Shown here: positions 40,001-53,557 of the stretch, one piece after another | How the letters are laid out: each line of letters begins with the position of its first letter | Position numbering within the stretch: position 1 is the stretch's first letter | DNA from: Phoronis australis | Taxonomy: Eukaryota > Animalia > Phoronida | DNA: 64,000 bases | Reading direction: 5' to 3' | Assembly: GCA_002633005.1 (NCBI GenBank) | Contig: NMRA01000656.1 | Location: 161,031 to 225,030, forward strand | The notes under the pieces: generated by a model | Told to the model about the DNA's origin: nothing | Database searches by the model: none | What the model saw: only the letters and a program-made list of their open reading frames with translations | Program-made: the position numbers and the translations under genes

Positions 40001-41973
40001 TTCCAAATCCCGTTTCCCTTGGTCTTCTTGCTTGCAGTCAGTGGCACACTAGTGGGAGGTAGTACGCCCATACGAGGAATGGCAGTGACTGGGACGGGTG
40101 GCACAAAGGATAAAAATTAGTGGAGGAGACAGGTGCAAACGGCCAGTGTAGTAAAAAATTTGGAGTCAGTGTAAAAGTGGTAGTAACTGGCCAGGTTCCG
40201 GTGGAAAATTAATAACATTTTCGTTACCTAAGTATCCATTTGTTTGTTGAAACCTACTATTGCTTTACTGTGTCTTCTTAAGTTATGTACTGCAGTAACC
40301 ATCAAATAGTGTTTTGAAAAGAAGTCGAAATTCACAACAACGACTGAAGCCTTTGAAAAAAATCCGAAAGGGTAACTGTACCGACTACTTGTGTAAAAAA
40401 TTGGTGAAGTTTTACAGGATGCGCAGACGGGGAGACCCTGGTTAGCACACCTGAGCTAATTTACTGTTGCATGATTTATGTTATGAGAACATATTTAGAA
40501 TGAACTACCTGGACATCTGCTGATAAGGGTCTACCAGTGATCTGTGTAGGTACAAGATAAGGCATGGATGTGGCTTACACAACCATGGAGATTTCAGGGA
40601 TATAATGACAAGCAGGCTTATGACACCTGTGCACTGCTTCCTAAATGGCTTTGCACAGCCAGGATGAACGACTTCAGCAGGGAAAGGTTGGTTTTTCAAA
40701 CCGTAAGCACAGATATGTTACAATATAATGCTTCTTCAATTCTGCGTGACACAATATGTAGAACTATGAAAATTAGTCTGCGAAATTTCACAACAAAAAT
40801 AAATTTGAAAACTTACTGCACCGTTGGTATCATAGCACGGTCATCGCAAAATGTGTGTTAAAAGCAGTGCTCTCATGTGCGCCAGAAAAATGAAAAATGA
40901 CATTTTCAATAAATGCTGCATTCCTCCGGGCTAACGCCCGAAACGTCCACATTTTTATTATTAAACACCCTGCTCAGCTTGGCACCCACCCCACATTTAC
41001 AAAATCCATAAAATTGCCAGTGTTTTTGTGAACACCCAAGATTCTTAACTAACAAACAATTGGTTTCCGAGCCATCTTACCATATTTGGATGGGAAGGTA
41101 CCCACTTTTTAGAGAATGAGATGAGAAATAGTTCTTTTGGCTCATGCGCATTCCAATAAGATTGTAATTGTGGCCAGAAAATGGATAATTTTTCACTTAT
41201 TTCACACAAAAATAACTAATGCTAAAATTCTCATTTTTCCATTTTTCAACGGCTGATTACTTTACTACAAATAATGGAAACTTTTCAAAAATTTGTTGAC
41301 GCCTTACACAGTACAAATCAGGGTAGTTGTCTTTAATCTTCATTTTTGAATAAATTGAGAAAATAGAATTTCATTGATCGGCAATATTGTGTGCTAAATA
41401 AGTGAAAAATACTGTAGACATCTGTGCGAGTGAAATGCCGTACATGAAACTACGCATCCTTGATGTCTCAAACATTTGCTTTTAGACATCCATGGTTGGC
41501 TCAACACCCCATGACCAACCAACTCATTTTTGAATTTGCCAATTTAAGTACCCTGTGTGTTACTGTTAACAGAGGAGTACAGAACAATATTCCACATTTT
41601 ACTACATGCTCAGTCAACACAACTAGGGTAGTAAACCAATGTAATGTTCTGCAAGAACTAAACTTTTGTTGCTTCACCCAAGCTCCCCAGCAAAGAAACT
41701 TCATGGTTAGATGCCAATTCACAAACAGGCAGGATAAGAATTGTGCAATTGTGGTCTTAGTGTGTGTAACTAAAACAAAACTTGATGTCTGTAGAACTGT
41801 TAAAGGTTAGTTTGAAAACTTTCTAGACTTTAAATTTCATTACTAAAGTTCTACATTTTCTCGTCAAACTAAATTTAAGCTGAAAATGATTTAAAAAAGA
41901 ACAACCCCCATTCACTGTCACAACCATGCCACACATTTCATTCGAGAAACAGAAACTTGAATAAGAAACTTAC

Positions 41974-44900
41974 CTGATAAATACTGGTCGTACTCTCAGA
42001 TGGTGATGGAGTCTGAAATCTGCTATCTAAATCCAAGGATGATGAAATGTCCGAGAACATCTTCCTGCGTGAAGATGGAGACTGGTGATCCGGCTCCGTC
42101 CATAAAGTCTCAGTCGATGGCGACGCCTGTTCCTCTGAGAGTCTAACGGCCGAGCTTGACTGTCGAAATTTCGTTTTCGATTGTTCATACATATGCGCCT
42201 CACTGTGACTTCTGACTATGTTTTTGCTAAGTTGCCCCGGTAATGGCAGAGTGTCGGCTTTTCGGCCTTTCTGACCAAGACTTGACGTTCTTGTTGAGCG
42301 TACAGCTTGCATGGGGGTACTGGGAGTAACCACCGTCGCTGGGACACTTTTGGAGGAATTTAAAGACACCCGTTTCACATGGTCGATTCCTTCATCTGAA
42401 TGTACTCTAGCACCATCAAGTTTCTCATTCTCTACATTGTTCAAAGATGGCGTGCTCTGAGCCTGCACGGAACTGATCATCATTGGCAAATCTACATATT
42501 CCTTTTTATATCCACTAGGGTCACTTCGCCATGGTTTCTTCCCACGTTTGCCGTTACTCTCAGGACTCGGCAAGTCGCTGGCGTCCATGTCTGAAGTTAT
42601 GCTAACGCCCGCGCAAGAATCCGGGATGGACATGGATGAGAGTTCACTCGAGGCATTTAGTTCGCCCTCGTGGGGTGGATGATTCCCACCACGTAGTGGG
42701 CCGAACCCATTACTATCCATGGGACCACTCTCCTCTCCATCTGGAGGTGGGCCAGATTTCTCTGGAGGATGCGTAACAAAACGCAAATTGTCATTGTTTC
42801 GTCTGCCCTTTCCTCTCGCATACTCCTCTACACTAACACCTTTCATATTCACTGGCTCGTGTTGGTTGAACCGTTCACTGGTCGGCGTGTAATCCGCTTC
42901 CAGTCCTTCATCTTCTTCTATCATAGACACACGTCGTTTCGCCATCATGGCTGAATCATCATTCAGAGACGTCGCGCGGATGATGTGTGCACGTTCTACA
43001 ACTGATGGTTCAGTTTTTGGTGTAGACGTGCTCCAATTCTGAGTCGTCTTGGGCGGTTGACGGCTATACAAAGAAGCTACAGCGTGACGACGGGGCCTGG
43101 GTGTCGATGGACTAGATGGTGGTGTCACCATTATTTCAGGCGACTTGGTCTTGTCCCTCATAGACACACACCTCTTGATGACAACTCTGTTCCCACTTCC
43201 ACTGACTGGATTACTTTTTAAGCTGTCAGATCGCTCAATGTTGGCATTGGTGTCAAACGATTTGGTCCCCGTTGGTGACTTGATGAACTTGTTAAGCTTT
43301 TCATTCAAATTCCTGCTGAGAAGGTTCAGCTGAGTAGGCGATGATCGAGGAGACTTGTTTGGAGACACCTTCTGAACTGATGGCGATGACGCCCGAATGG
43401 TGGTTACAGGTGACAAGTAACTCTTCCAATTTGTTTGCAAAACCTCTAATGTCTCCCTGCCCTTTGGCAACTGGTTGACGCTCATGTTTTGCTCAGCACA
43501 TACCGAAGACGGCGGAGAACCAAACAAGAACGGCATGGGTGGCTTACGAACGGCAGTGGGAGAAAGCAGTCCGTCATTCATTTCATCTTTCTGCTCCGAC
43601 ATCATGAACCATGGCAATACTTGTTCTTTCTCCGACGAGTCACTTGATCGTCTACTGCTAGAGACTGAACCACTTCCCAGGGTGCGGAATGAAGCTAGAT
43701 TTGGCACTCGTTTTACTTTGGATAACTTGATACTCGACGATGAAACCGAACTCGTCCTAGAGGATAGACCACCACTGCCACTTTTTCGAGATGGCTTTAT
43801 GGGAACAGGGGTTATAGATTCTCTCCTGTGATCATCATCACCCTCCTCATCATCAGTGTCGCCCTTCCAAGCATGGGTTATACCCTGTATTTCCAAACTA
43901 CAAATGGTTGTTTCGCTAGTTACACTTTCGCCATCTCGGTGGTGAAGTAAGTCTTCTGCGTCACTGTTCTTTTTTACACGCCTAGAATCAAATTTTGGTG
44001 ATCCTATGCTGGGCCGAAAATGAACATTTGAAATTCCAGCTGATGATATTTTCCGTTGAGGAATTTGTCCTTCACTAGGAATGCTCAGACAAGCACTGCT
44101 ATCTGTTGAAAGACTAGCGCTGTATCTCAACTTCCCCGGTTGACCTTCATTCGGGGGCAAAGCTGTAAAATTTTTCACTTCGCTCGAGTTGACTAACGAT
44201 CCTGTGCTCCTGGAATTACTCCCAGTTTTAGCTTTTCTCCGTGGTCCTTCACTTTCATACTCCTTAGATGAAGGAGGTTCCCCTGAAGCACTGGAATCAA
44301 TCTTAGCCTCAGACACGTGACTTAGGCTGTAGGTTGAAAAATCTTCAATCTCTGATTCACTGTTCAAATGTGACTGCAATTTAGCAGGAAGGAAACTTAA
44401 AATATTCCCCTCGGTCTGAGCCTTCACATAGCTAGGATTGCGAATATAGGGCTGTTGTTTTCTCTCCGACTTCACATCAACGTATGTTTCACTGGCAGGG
44501 TGAACTTGCAAGCCATCCCTGCGAACAGCTGTTGAGCTCTCATTAACAGACAGGCCACTGGTTCCTTCTGCCTCAGTCTGTGAAATGTAATACCCATCTC
44601 CCGGCTTGTCTAATTGCCTGCTATCACCAACAGTCGAAGATAGGGCAGCGCTTAATGTCGTTTTAATATCATAGTAGTCCGTAAAGGAACGCGGCTTGTT
44701 CGAAGAACTTAACGATGGAGGACGTTTATCAGAACATTGGGCGATTGCAGAAGTGGTTCGTCCTAATTGGCGTTGACTAAATGGTTGGATGGGACCAGAC
44801 TGGAACTCACGTTTTACTAATAAATCCGAACTTCTGGAACTAGGCGATTCCGTCAAGTCCTGCGTGTCTGCAGACTTACCGGATTCCCACGTCTCCAAAC

Positions 44901-45144
44901 GATCGCCGGTCAACGGTGGAGTCGGACTCTCTATCTTCAACTGCAATCGCTCACTTACTGGCGTAGTTCCTCCGGATGACTGCTCACTATCTACACACAG
45001 TTCACCATACTTCGCCGTGTGAATTAGCTGATTGCAAACACTTAATTGCAGTTGCCGTGGTCGACGCGAATGGGACGCAGCAGTTCCGAAAGTCACAGGC
45101 GAGACTAACTCGTCGACCCGTCTCTCTTTATCGTGAGTTGACAT
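41974..45144 (-). CDS. Large first coding exon (1057 codons) of an unidentified gene; Ser/Pro/Arg-rich, predicted intrinsically disordered
   Basis: A 3.2-kb stop-free ORF in AT-rich DNA with higher GC than its flanks. An in-frame TGA lies upstream of the ATG at 45144. A consensus donor TATCAG|GTAAGT at 41974/41973 (phase 0) means the track's VSFLFKFLFLE tail is intronic. No recognisable globular domain. Confidence 0.85.
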
Positions 45145-47054
45145 GTAAAAGTTCTTATAAAAACAGTCAACAGACTGACCATTCGAAATTTGATATCCAG
45201 TTCAAACTGAGAAAATTTGACGTTATCTCGACTAGATGCTGAACTTTCCTAATCATGGTCATCTAAGTTATCCAACATTTTCCGAAGACGAAGTCACGTC
45301 CCACTGCACAACAAATCTTATGTCGTCTGTCGGTCTCCTCTAACTATACCCTCCAATCCAAAACCCTTTGACTTTGTTGACAAAGTGACAAAGGTTGAAT
45401 GAAAGATAAATATTTGATGAAACCCGCACCAATAACAAATCTGTGTTCTCGTTGTCGCCGGCAAATAAATCTTATGATTATCCAGTAAATTTTATATCAC
45501 ACTTTACAGCGTTAGTTCGCACAAACGAATTGTACAGGTTTATTGCCAGTAAACGACAAAATTAACACTTTTTGTGCGTACGACTCACACTGTTCTAAAT
45601 TTTTGAACACTCGAAATGCAGCTTTCTGTAAAACCAGGTTTCGCGAGCTGGGCTACACCTTTCGTCATGGTCTTCGACTAACGTGAATGAAACCAAATCA
45701 GTTGTTCAACAGGTGACAATGGTCCATTCATAAAGTAACATTTAAAAAGCAAACAGTGAGATTTACACGGTAAATGAACCGTCCAATTCAAGCTATTGTA
45801 TTCCAGTCCTGACTACAACGGCGCGATATAAAGTGGATACCGTGTTCTGAGCACATTTTCCAGAAGGGTTGAAGAGAGCTGAAATCAATCACTCTTTTTA
45901 TTGCAAACAGTTGTTTAAGGACAGAACCTACAACGCACACCAGTGGTGAATTTGAAACCTCTTATTCCAAGAGTAATCAACTATAAATATTTGTGGTCAG
46001 CGTTTTCTCAATCACTTTATAAAAACGTCACAACTGGAAATCAAAAAATGGTTCAAAAAACATATTTTTGGTTGAGGCACACTATCAAACACCACTGAAA
46101 CTGACACTTTTGGGGCTCATTAGAAAAATGTAAAATTGAAGCTGTTTACCTATAAATTATTCAGAATACAAACCCATGAAATCGACACGGACTTCTGTTG
46201 CAGTAATAATAGAAACGGCATTATTGTTACGTAAGGGCATAAGAAAACTTCAAATGCAAAAGAAAAAAGCTCCTCTTAACGAGAATCCTGGGCGAGAATA
46301 TTCAGTCGTCATCTTCTCTCCTTGAGTTTCAAAATCTAAGTTTGCGCTGGAGCATGAAGCTGCAAATTAACGCGAAATACGCTCGAATCAGCTGGCGAGC
46401 ATAGTTCATTTATACCGGTCATTCATTCCATAAATTACAGACAATGAACGGCTGCGAACACTTGCGACTTCGTCTGTTTTGTGCTGCCACCTTTTGACAA
46501 TGCAGGAGTTTTAAAACCTCGTGCTTTACGGGCGTTCGCTTGTCTCCATGATCGGGCAAGCATTGTTTCTGTTGACTGGTTTGAACAAGGGCTGCTTATT
46601 GCCTGAGCACCCTACATTTTCGCTCGGCCCTGTTATGTGAATTAGAAGACAATAATGTTTGAATAATTAAAAAGCTGAAGGCTCCCAATCCTCGAATAAT
46701 AGTGAGGTCAAAGCAACTACTTTTTCTTTGAGTGCCAGAAAACTTTCGGTTACACAAAGTTTGTCAATCATTCTAAAGAAGACCTGAGGGGAATCTACTT
46801 TCGAATTATTTGCGAAAGACCGAGGTAGCCTCATTGACTGCAAATGAATTGCGCAACTGTCAAAAAATAAAGTTGAAATACGTCGGATAGTTCTCGGTTA
46901 CTGTAAGCAGCGGGATAACAAGAACGACTATGTTTTATGAGTTATTTTGATTTTGGTTGTGTGAGTGTTCAAAGATAGAGGCCTGTTTCATGGGCAGTAA
47001 ACTAGAAAGAATGTTGAGCGACATGACTCTACAAAGCCATGTCGGCGTACCTAA

Positions 47055-47203
47055 CAGGGGCGGATCCAGGATTTTGAGTTGCCGGGGGCCAGGGCATAGT
47101 ATTAGCCAGGGTTTTGCCCACCAGACATTCGCACACCCGAACTGCCAAATGAAATCTGGGAGAATTTTAGGGGGGAGCATGGCCCCATCTTAATCCGCCA
47201 CTG
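47055..47203. mobile_element. 149-bp MITE (family D) with a 5-bp TSD
   Basis: CCTAA|CAGGGGCGGAT ... ATCCGCCACTG|CCTAA; the TSD is at 47050-47054 and 47204-47208. Confidence 0.85.
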
Positions 47204-47342
47204 CCTAAGAAGAATTCTCGATCAAACAGCGAAGGGGTATCTTATCAGCCTCGTCCTCAAGCCCCCGGGATGGCGCTGATCGACTTAGCCACTGAAGCTT
47301 TAGTTGGCCGTGTCTTCTGTCAACATGCAAATTTGATTACAT

Positions 47343-47490
47343 GGGCGGCGCACTATAGGGGGCTGGGTGGCTATAGCTCCCCCACTTTTTTCAGTACTAC
47401 GCTACACATGATCTATAGGCGATGCATCACGGGAGGGGGGGGGGGCTGAGAGGGCTTTAGCCCGCCACTGTTTTCAGTGCTGCGCCGCCC
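47343..47490. mobile_element. Short GC-rich MITE
   Basis: GGGCGGCGCA / TGCGCCGCCC perfect 10-bp inverted ends, with internal GGGGGCT...AGC(T/C)CC repeats. No clear TSD. Confidence 0.55.
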
Positions 47491-47890
47491 GGCCACTTAC
47501 CATAGTAAATATTTCTCATCTTGCTCCTTAGTTTAATTAAAGGGATTTCTGATCTTGGGAAAAAGCAACCGTTTGTTATTACTACGAAGCTCATCAAAAT
47601 TTCTAGTTGCTGCGAGTTGGTTTCAGTTGCGGAAGCGGTTGGTCATAAGATGAATTTCTCAGTGGCGTTTCATGGCAACCAATTTCAAATCAAGCACAGG
47701 AAAAGAACACGATGTCGCTGGACAGGAACCTCAAATACGACTGTAAAGAAAGTTGCCAATTTCAATTTCCTCATACTCAGTAAAGCAAAAATATGCAAAA
47801 TGCATCATTCACCTCACTAGTGGCCTAGTCAGTTTGCAAAAATGTGAATTCAGGCCTCGTTTAATGCAAACATGTAAAACTTAAAAAAAG

Positions 47891-47896
47891 TTTATT
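47891..47896 (-). terminator. Candidate polyadenylation signal of the IgSF gene
   Basis: AATAAA on the minus strand ~350 nt downstream of the stop codon at 48242. Confidence 0.35.
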
Positions 47897-48241
47897 GTTC
47901 ACCGGTAGTGAAAATGAATTTAGTTACAAAAAGAGAGCATTTCCGTACATTTAAATTATTTTTAGTTCATGGACAATATTGTGACAGTGAACAAATATTG
48001 GAGCAACTGAAGTCCAGACTCGAAATTTCGAAAAACTTTTTGACAAAAGGCATGAGTAACTAATTGCAATTTACCAAGTGTTTAATTGTGCATGAGGAAG
48101 AAATATATTAATTAGGGCAGAGTCGCAAAATGATAAAAGAAATACAACTCGTGAGAAAGTAATTGTTTTTACAAGGACTAAAAGTCTTAGGAGAGTGCGG
48201 TGCACGGCTATATTGTGTCGCACAACACGTATGCGTGGAGT

Positions 48242-48591
48242 TTAGTCCCTTAAAATATTCGTGAGTGTTATCGAATCTTCTCTCGGTGCTTCAGCTCGTA
48301 AAAACCCGTACTGGCTAACTGCACTCTCGTTTGAACCACGCCTGCTGCCTGGGGCAGTGTCTAACATCGTGGCCATTCTTGTTCGCGTCGTATCATTGGT
48401 CTGAGGCTTTGATTCGGTCCCAGGTGCCGCTGGACCTGCGAACGCATTGTCTGTGGTGGGCGTAGCGGCTTGTTCTCGTTGTTGCTGTTTCTTCATGCGA
48501 TAGCGCCAGAGACACAGCGGATATGAGACGAGAAGAAACACGCCCACAGCCGCAACCGCCCACATTATAAGACTTTCTTGATTTTCGAATA
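48242..48591 (-). CDS. Last exon of IgSF receptor: transmembrane helix plus cytoplasmic tail with ITIM-consensus SQYGFL
   Basis: Acceptor TTCTTTTTGTAG|TA (phase 1). Reads (V)FENQESLIMWAVAAVGVFLLVSYPLCLW-RYRMKK, a hydrophobic span followed by a basic stop-transfer. The tail ...RRGSNESAVSQYGFL...ILRD* follows. Confidence 0.8.
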
Positions 48592-48898
48592 CTACAAAAA
48601 GAACGCGTTAACAACGAAAATATTGGCGAAATACACCCACGCGCTTAGAAAACCATAGCATGCATTCAGCAAAAGCGCGTAATAACGGTGGTACTGGCAT
48701 GAATGTCTACTAGGCACTTGGTCCCAAAAGAGACACTCACCGGCAGCAACAGCACCACCTCGAATTAATGTGTTTATAATTTAGTTTGAACTTGATTGTC
48801 ACATAAACTCAACAATATTCCTTTATTTTTACCATATTTTGTCTGTAGACATGTAAAAACACCGCTTGTCGTTAGGCTATTTTTGGCTTTGTCTCACC

Positions 48899-49199
48899 GT
48901 GAGAGTGACAACGTTAAATTTTCAAGAATAGTAGACCTTTTCATGCTACGCCACCATGGAATGTCAACTCCCGCACGTGACCCTGTATGTATTCTATTGT
49001 TAAAGCTTGCGACCAGTTGCTGGGAAAGTTTGCAATGTGACTTTCCGGCTGCCTGCTCGACTGAGTTTTCTTCGAGTGTTGTAGTTATCACATCAAGCCT
49101 AATTTAAGTGTTCCATTTTCATTTTGTCACGCTCGTTCAGCTGGATACGGAAGCTTCTGGTAAATTTTTAACTCCAGTCTTAGAACCACTTTCGACAAC
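48899..49199 (-). pseudogene. Decayed Ig-like pseudo-exon (copy A), paralogue of 53220-53557
   Basis: Acceptor TTTGATAG|GTTGTCG. Shares CTCCAGTCTTAGAACC and GGAATG(T/C)CAACTCC..ACGTGAC with copy B. Remnant SVEQAAGKSHCKL resembles an Ig F-strand. There is an early stop in phase 1. The 3' limit is uncertain. Confidence 0.45.
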
Positions 49200-49383
49200 C
49201 TATCAAACTACGTGCCAGCAATTTTTCAACAAGACGTTTCTGATTTTGAAATTGACAGTATTTTACGGAAAGAAGTGACATTAGTTTTCTGAGTGTTTGT
49301 TCTGCAATTATAAATGAAAAGTTTAGACTACAAATAAGTGTCTTTATATAACTTTCAAAAAATTATTCGTAATTGCATAACTA

Positions 49384-49385
<2 letters not shown>

Positions 49386-49450
<65 letters not shown>
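49386..49450. repeat. (TG)n microsatellite
   Basis: Directly visible, with one interruption. Confidence 0.95.
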
Positions 49451-49454
<4 letters not shown>

Positions 49455-50033
49455 GCTGTTTTCCTTTGTTTCAATAATAATTCATTTGAGGAATGTTTGC
49501 CTGTTGTCCAGATACCGTTTGTACTTAATTCGATTTCTGGGCAGGACTGTCATCTGTAGCATATATCTATACCCATGAAATAAAATTTGAAAATGAAAAG
49601 AGTACTTTGTAAAAGAATCCAATTCAATATTTTGTGTTACTGACAGCCTTGCCCCGCTCCCGCCGTACCGCCACACCACCAGAATGTCCATCTTTTTGAC
49701 ACAGGGCGATATTGACATTTCCCACGCGACATAGTCATATTTTCCTGTTCGATTAAAAAACGGGGATTTTCATGGACTTTTTCAACACCTGCAATTTCCC
49801 ATTAGACTGAAAAAAACGCTGTCAGACACTTTTGGATGTTTATTTTTATCTTCCATGGAAAACCCTATCAGAAAAGCTTCATCTGCAAATTTCAGATAGA
49901 TAGCTGGGATAATTAATCACATATTTGTAAATGTTACTGCATCTTGAATTTTTAGTGAAGAATGGAATTGTATCAAACAGCACCAAAGGTCTACTTAAAA
50001 TATAAAGATGTAAAATTTCGTTCAGCGACAGAC

Positions 50034-50387
50034 CTGTAATTTTCAACTCGACGGTGTCAGTGATGGAAACATCCGTCTTCGGGTTTCGTACATGACACTT
50101 GATGGCGTTGCCGCCGTCAGCGAGACGCGGATGGAACGTGAGAACGTTCGAGTAGATTTTACCGCCGCCATCGGCGTCCTTCTGTTCGACTACATAACCT
50201 TCCTCGACGCCGTCGTCAATGTTCAGTGAGTGCTCCCACTGAATTTGGGGCGCGGGGCGGACACTGTCTGAGGTGCAGGTCAGAGTGTAGCGTAGTCCGC
50301 TCACGGCCGAAAACGTTTTCTCGTGGGTCTTTTCGTTTTCCTGTATCTCGCCGTACGTAGTCGCAATCGACGCACTGGTCGGACCAA
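50034..50387 (-). CDS. IgSF exon, C2-set-like (nephrin/CD80-type) Ig domain
   Basis: Acceptor TTTTCCCGTCTCAG|TT and donor ACAG|GTCTGT; 354 nt, phase 1-1. Reads GPTSASI...YTLTCTSDSVRPAPQIQW...SNVLTFHPRLADGGNAIKCHVRN...VELKIT. Confidence 0.85.
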
Positions 50388-53219
50388 CTGAGACGGGAAA
50401 AGTTGGGACTTATAGACCTATTAGTACAACGTTAAACCGTAGTCTGATCAGAAGCCACATCGACGTTTGCTCCTCTGACGTACTTTCTTATCCGACATTC
50501 GCCCCCAAATCAGACGGTAGATCTGCCTTCTTTTTGAGAACACTTTTTCAGTGACGTAACTTGTGTCGGTTAGGCTTTGTTCGCCCACAATGATCTCATT
50601 AGAGTTATTCAAGAAAGTCAGAAAGGCCACATTGGCAAACTTTTTGTTTACAAACTCGATCTAACTCAGTGAGGTAAAGTTTACAAATGAACGTTTATCG
50701 GTGTTGACGGTTTACCAAATACGGCCAAACTGGTATACTGAAGTTTGGTCATGCGCATTCATTCGAAAACCGTTTGGTGTAGTTTGGGGAATAATAACCG
50801 ATCAGCGAATCAACAAAATGGCAGCTTCCGTAAACCAAGTTTGGCAGAGTTCGCTGGTGTCAACCGATTGCCAAACTAATTAAAACATCACCAAACCCCG
50901 AGTTTGGCCGTGTTTGCAAATACAATAGTTTGGTATAGTTTGCCAGAGTGTGAACGGGCTTTTACAGAGGGAGGCTAGGGTCACTGGCCTATCTATATCT
51001 ATGTAATCTGATCAGAGATATGATGTTCCGAAATTGGCGGATTTTGGAATTTTTATGCAACTCTGTGCATTTATCAAAATATCTGGAATACAAAAGACTT
51101 TACGAAAACGAAAGTATAAATTTTCCGAAAGTAGAAAGTCTAAGGAATTTGATTTTTGACTTTTCACCAATCTGTTATTAATTGGGTCACGTGACCATGT
51201 CTTTTGAGTAAAATTTAACCAAAAATAAAGGTACATTGGTAGCATAATAACGGTATAAATAACATGATCAAATTTATTTGATATAAATGATGAAGGCGAG
51301 GTATTAAAAACGGTGTTACACTTTTGTTTTATGCATCTTTAAAGATTCTTCATGAAAATCTTCAGTCCTATTTTTTGATTACCCCTCATGTAAAAGTGGA
51401 GCATTTGGAAAACAATTCCTAACAGCGTTTTCGAGAACGGGACATAAAGTTTAGTATCTGATAGTTGATATGAATCCAATCAGCCGCTTTTGAAATATGA
51501 TGATCCGACTTTAGCCAAATGTGGACATTTGTATAGAGTCCTTAATAACCTTAAGAAGGGAAGGTTCGAGGCCGGTTGCTGCTGGAGTACCCTTTTGACG
51601 TCATGTAAATGACCACAAAAAAAGAAAAAATCTAACTTTTCTTTATTTCTGTTTCCACATCACGAAAACATGGCAAAAACAATAGCTTTTAAGAGGCACG
51701 GAAAGCAAAAGCTGGCCAAAAATAACTTTTAAACAATCGCAGACGAAAGTACCATCTCGGAAGGTCTACTACAGAGCTATTCACTTTCCCATATGAGAGA
51801 ATTCCCAGAAAAATCATCACATAATTCACTTTTTTTGAAATACGCGCGAAGGAAAAACTCTGTAGTCACCACGGAGTTTCTAATCTCCCTCCCACTTATG
51901 ATAAATGCGCGCATGCGCTCACAGTCATTCGACAAACAGCTGACTGATACGATGGACATTAACGACAGGTTAACTGAGGTTGACATCACAGTATGAGGCA
52001 AGACAATGGAACAAGCAATTTTCCAAAAATAATTCCAAGTGTGCTTTTGAATATATTACAATACTACGATACGTTTATAACTAATCTTAATCAATTAGGA
52101 CTGTTTATCGCCATTGTATTGTTTACATCAAAGGCCAAAGGACACACTTCCCATATAAGCTGGGAAATGTGCTTCGTCTATGTTTTGCCATACGAAATAA
52201 GGAGACGTGCGTTGCCTTTTGGGAGAAAAATGGACGAAGCGGCGAGCAGTTAATAGATCGTTTTTTTTGAAGGAAAAAGAAAAATGCTTTGACATAAAAA
52301 AAATTGAAATCTTTACAAACAAACTGAAAAAACACCTGTTGAGCATGTTGAATTCTATATGGGTGGCAGAGAACCACGTTGAATATTGTAATTGAGTCTG
52401 CTTGCGTAATATATAAACGATACGTGAGTCGCAAGCTCGTTACCAGAGATGAAAAGGAAATCAAGATGGGCGATATAAGCTTATTTATTCAGTATAACAA
52501 AACAAATTGTATTCAAGTCCGTCCCAAGAAAGTGATATTAAGTTTGACTTAAGCTTTTGACGTAAACGTTACCCGGTGTCGAAATTTCCAAGTTTGGAGC
52601 TTGAGACAAACCTTAGACTTAAGTCAAAAAGGAACTTAAGTTAGTTTATTAGTAAAAGTTATCAATGAGTTTTATTTCTTAAAATGAACATTTTGGGAGA
52701 TAAAGTTCCTCATTGCACCCCATTTCTCTCGACAGAGTGCCAAGGACGGTTCCAATTTAACAAACAAAAGTACGCAGACCTTTCACGATGTATCTCGTAA
52801 AGATTAAGGGAAATTTTGGTTTTTATTCGAAGAGAAAACAACATAAACTCCGGCGTTCCTTCTGTCCTGGATGTGATGCATGATTACGTTGCGAGTCGGC
52901 CTTTGACCATAACAACTTCAATCTCACCTAGGGAATGTAGGTAATACCAGGAAGATCTCTTCCTGGTAATACCAAAGAACTCTAGCATTGGGTAAAGTTT
53001 AGTTACGCCAGGATCTACTCTAAAATATAGCCTGGCAAAATCACGTGCTCTCATTAAAGTGGCACGGACCGCGAAAACTCGTGAAAAATAATTATGTTTT
53101 AAACGATCCATAACAAAATGTACTAACACACTTTCTTGCAACCTCTACTACAGAGTTATCCACGGCAATATATCACGTAGTCAACGGAAGTCTTGCTTTT
53201 TAGTGAGGTCCTAACTTAC

Positions 53220-53557
53220 TGAACCTGGAATGCCAACTCCGGTACGTGACTAATGGATCTTGCGAGCCCGAGACTAGCCGAGAGAGCTTGCATTGTGAAT
53301 TTCCGGCAGTTTGCTCGTCTGAGTTTGATCGAGAGTTGAAGTTACCAAATAAAGCCTCATTTCATTGCTTCATTTTCATTTTGACATTTTCGTCCATCAA
53401 GGGAGACTCTTGAGCTACGGTTCCGGACAATCTGCGGTTGTCCGGCAAAATTACATTGGCCATTCTTTCTACGCACCGACCCGTGGCCCTGGTCGGATAC
53501 CGGGAATAGTCTTTTGATATACTTTCACCTCCAGTCTTAGAACCTCTCCTCGACAAC
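53220..53557 (-). pseudogene. Decayed Ig-like pseudo-exon (copy B)
   Basis: Acceptor TGTAATAG|GTTGTCG and strong donor TTCA|GTAAGT. Length is 338 nt (frame-breaking) with stops. Remnants are CRGEVLRLEVKVYQ, FCRTTADCPEP...W and TAGNSQCKL. Confidence 0.5.

Noticed and set aside
43145-45242. Plus-strand ORFs overlapping the 1068-aa ORF
   Set aside because: Antisense shadows of the real coding exon.
47668-47680. RFX X-box-like GTTTCATGGCAAC (also GTTGCCATGGCGAT at ~34145)
   Set aside because: Single short motifs among repeat-derived sequence, with no supporting promoter evidence.
49338-49578. CVCVCV ORFs
   Set aside because: Translation of the (TG)n microsatellite.
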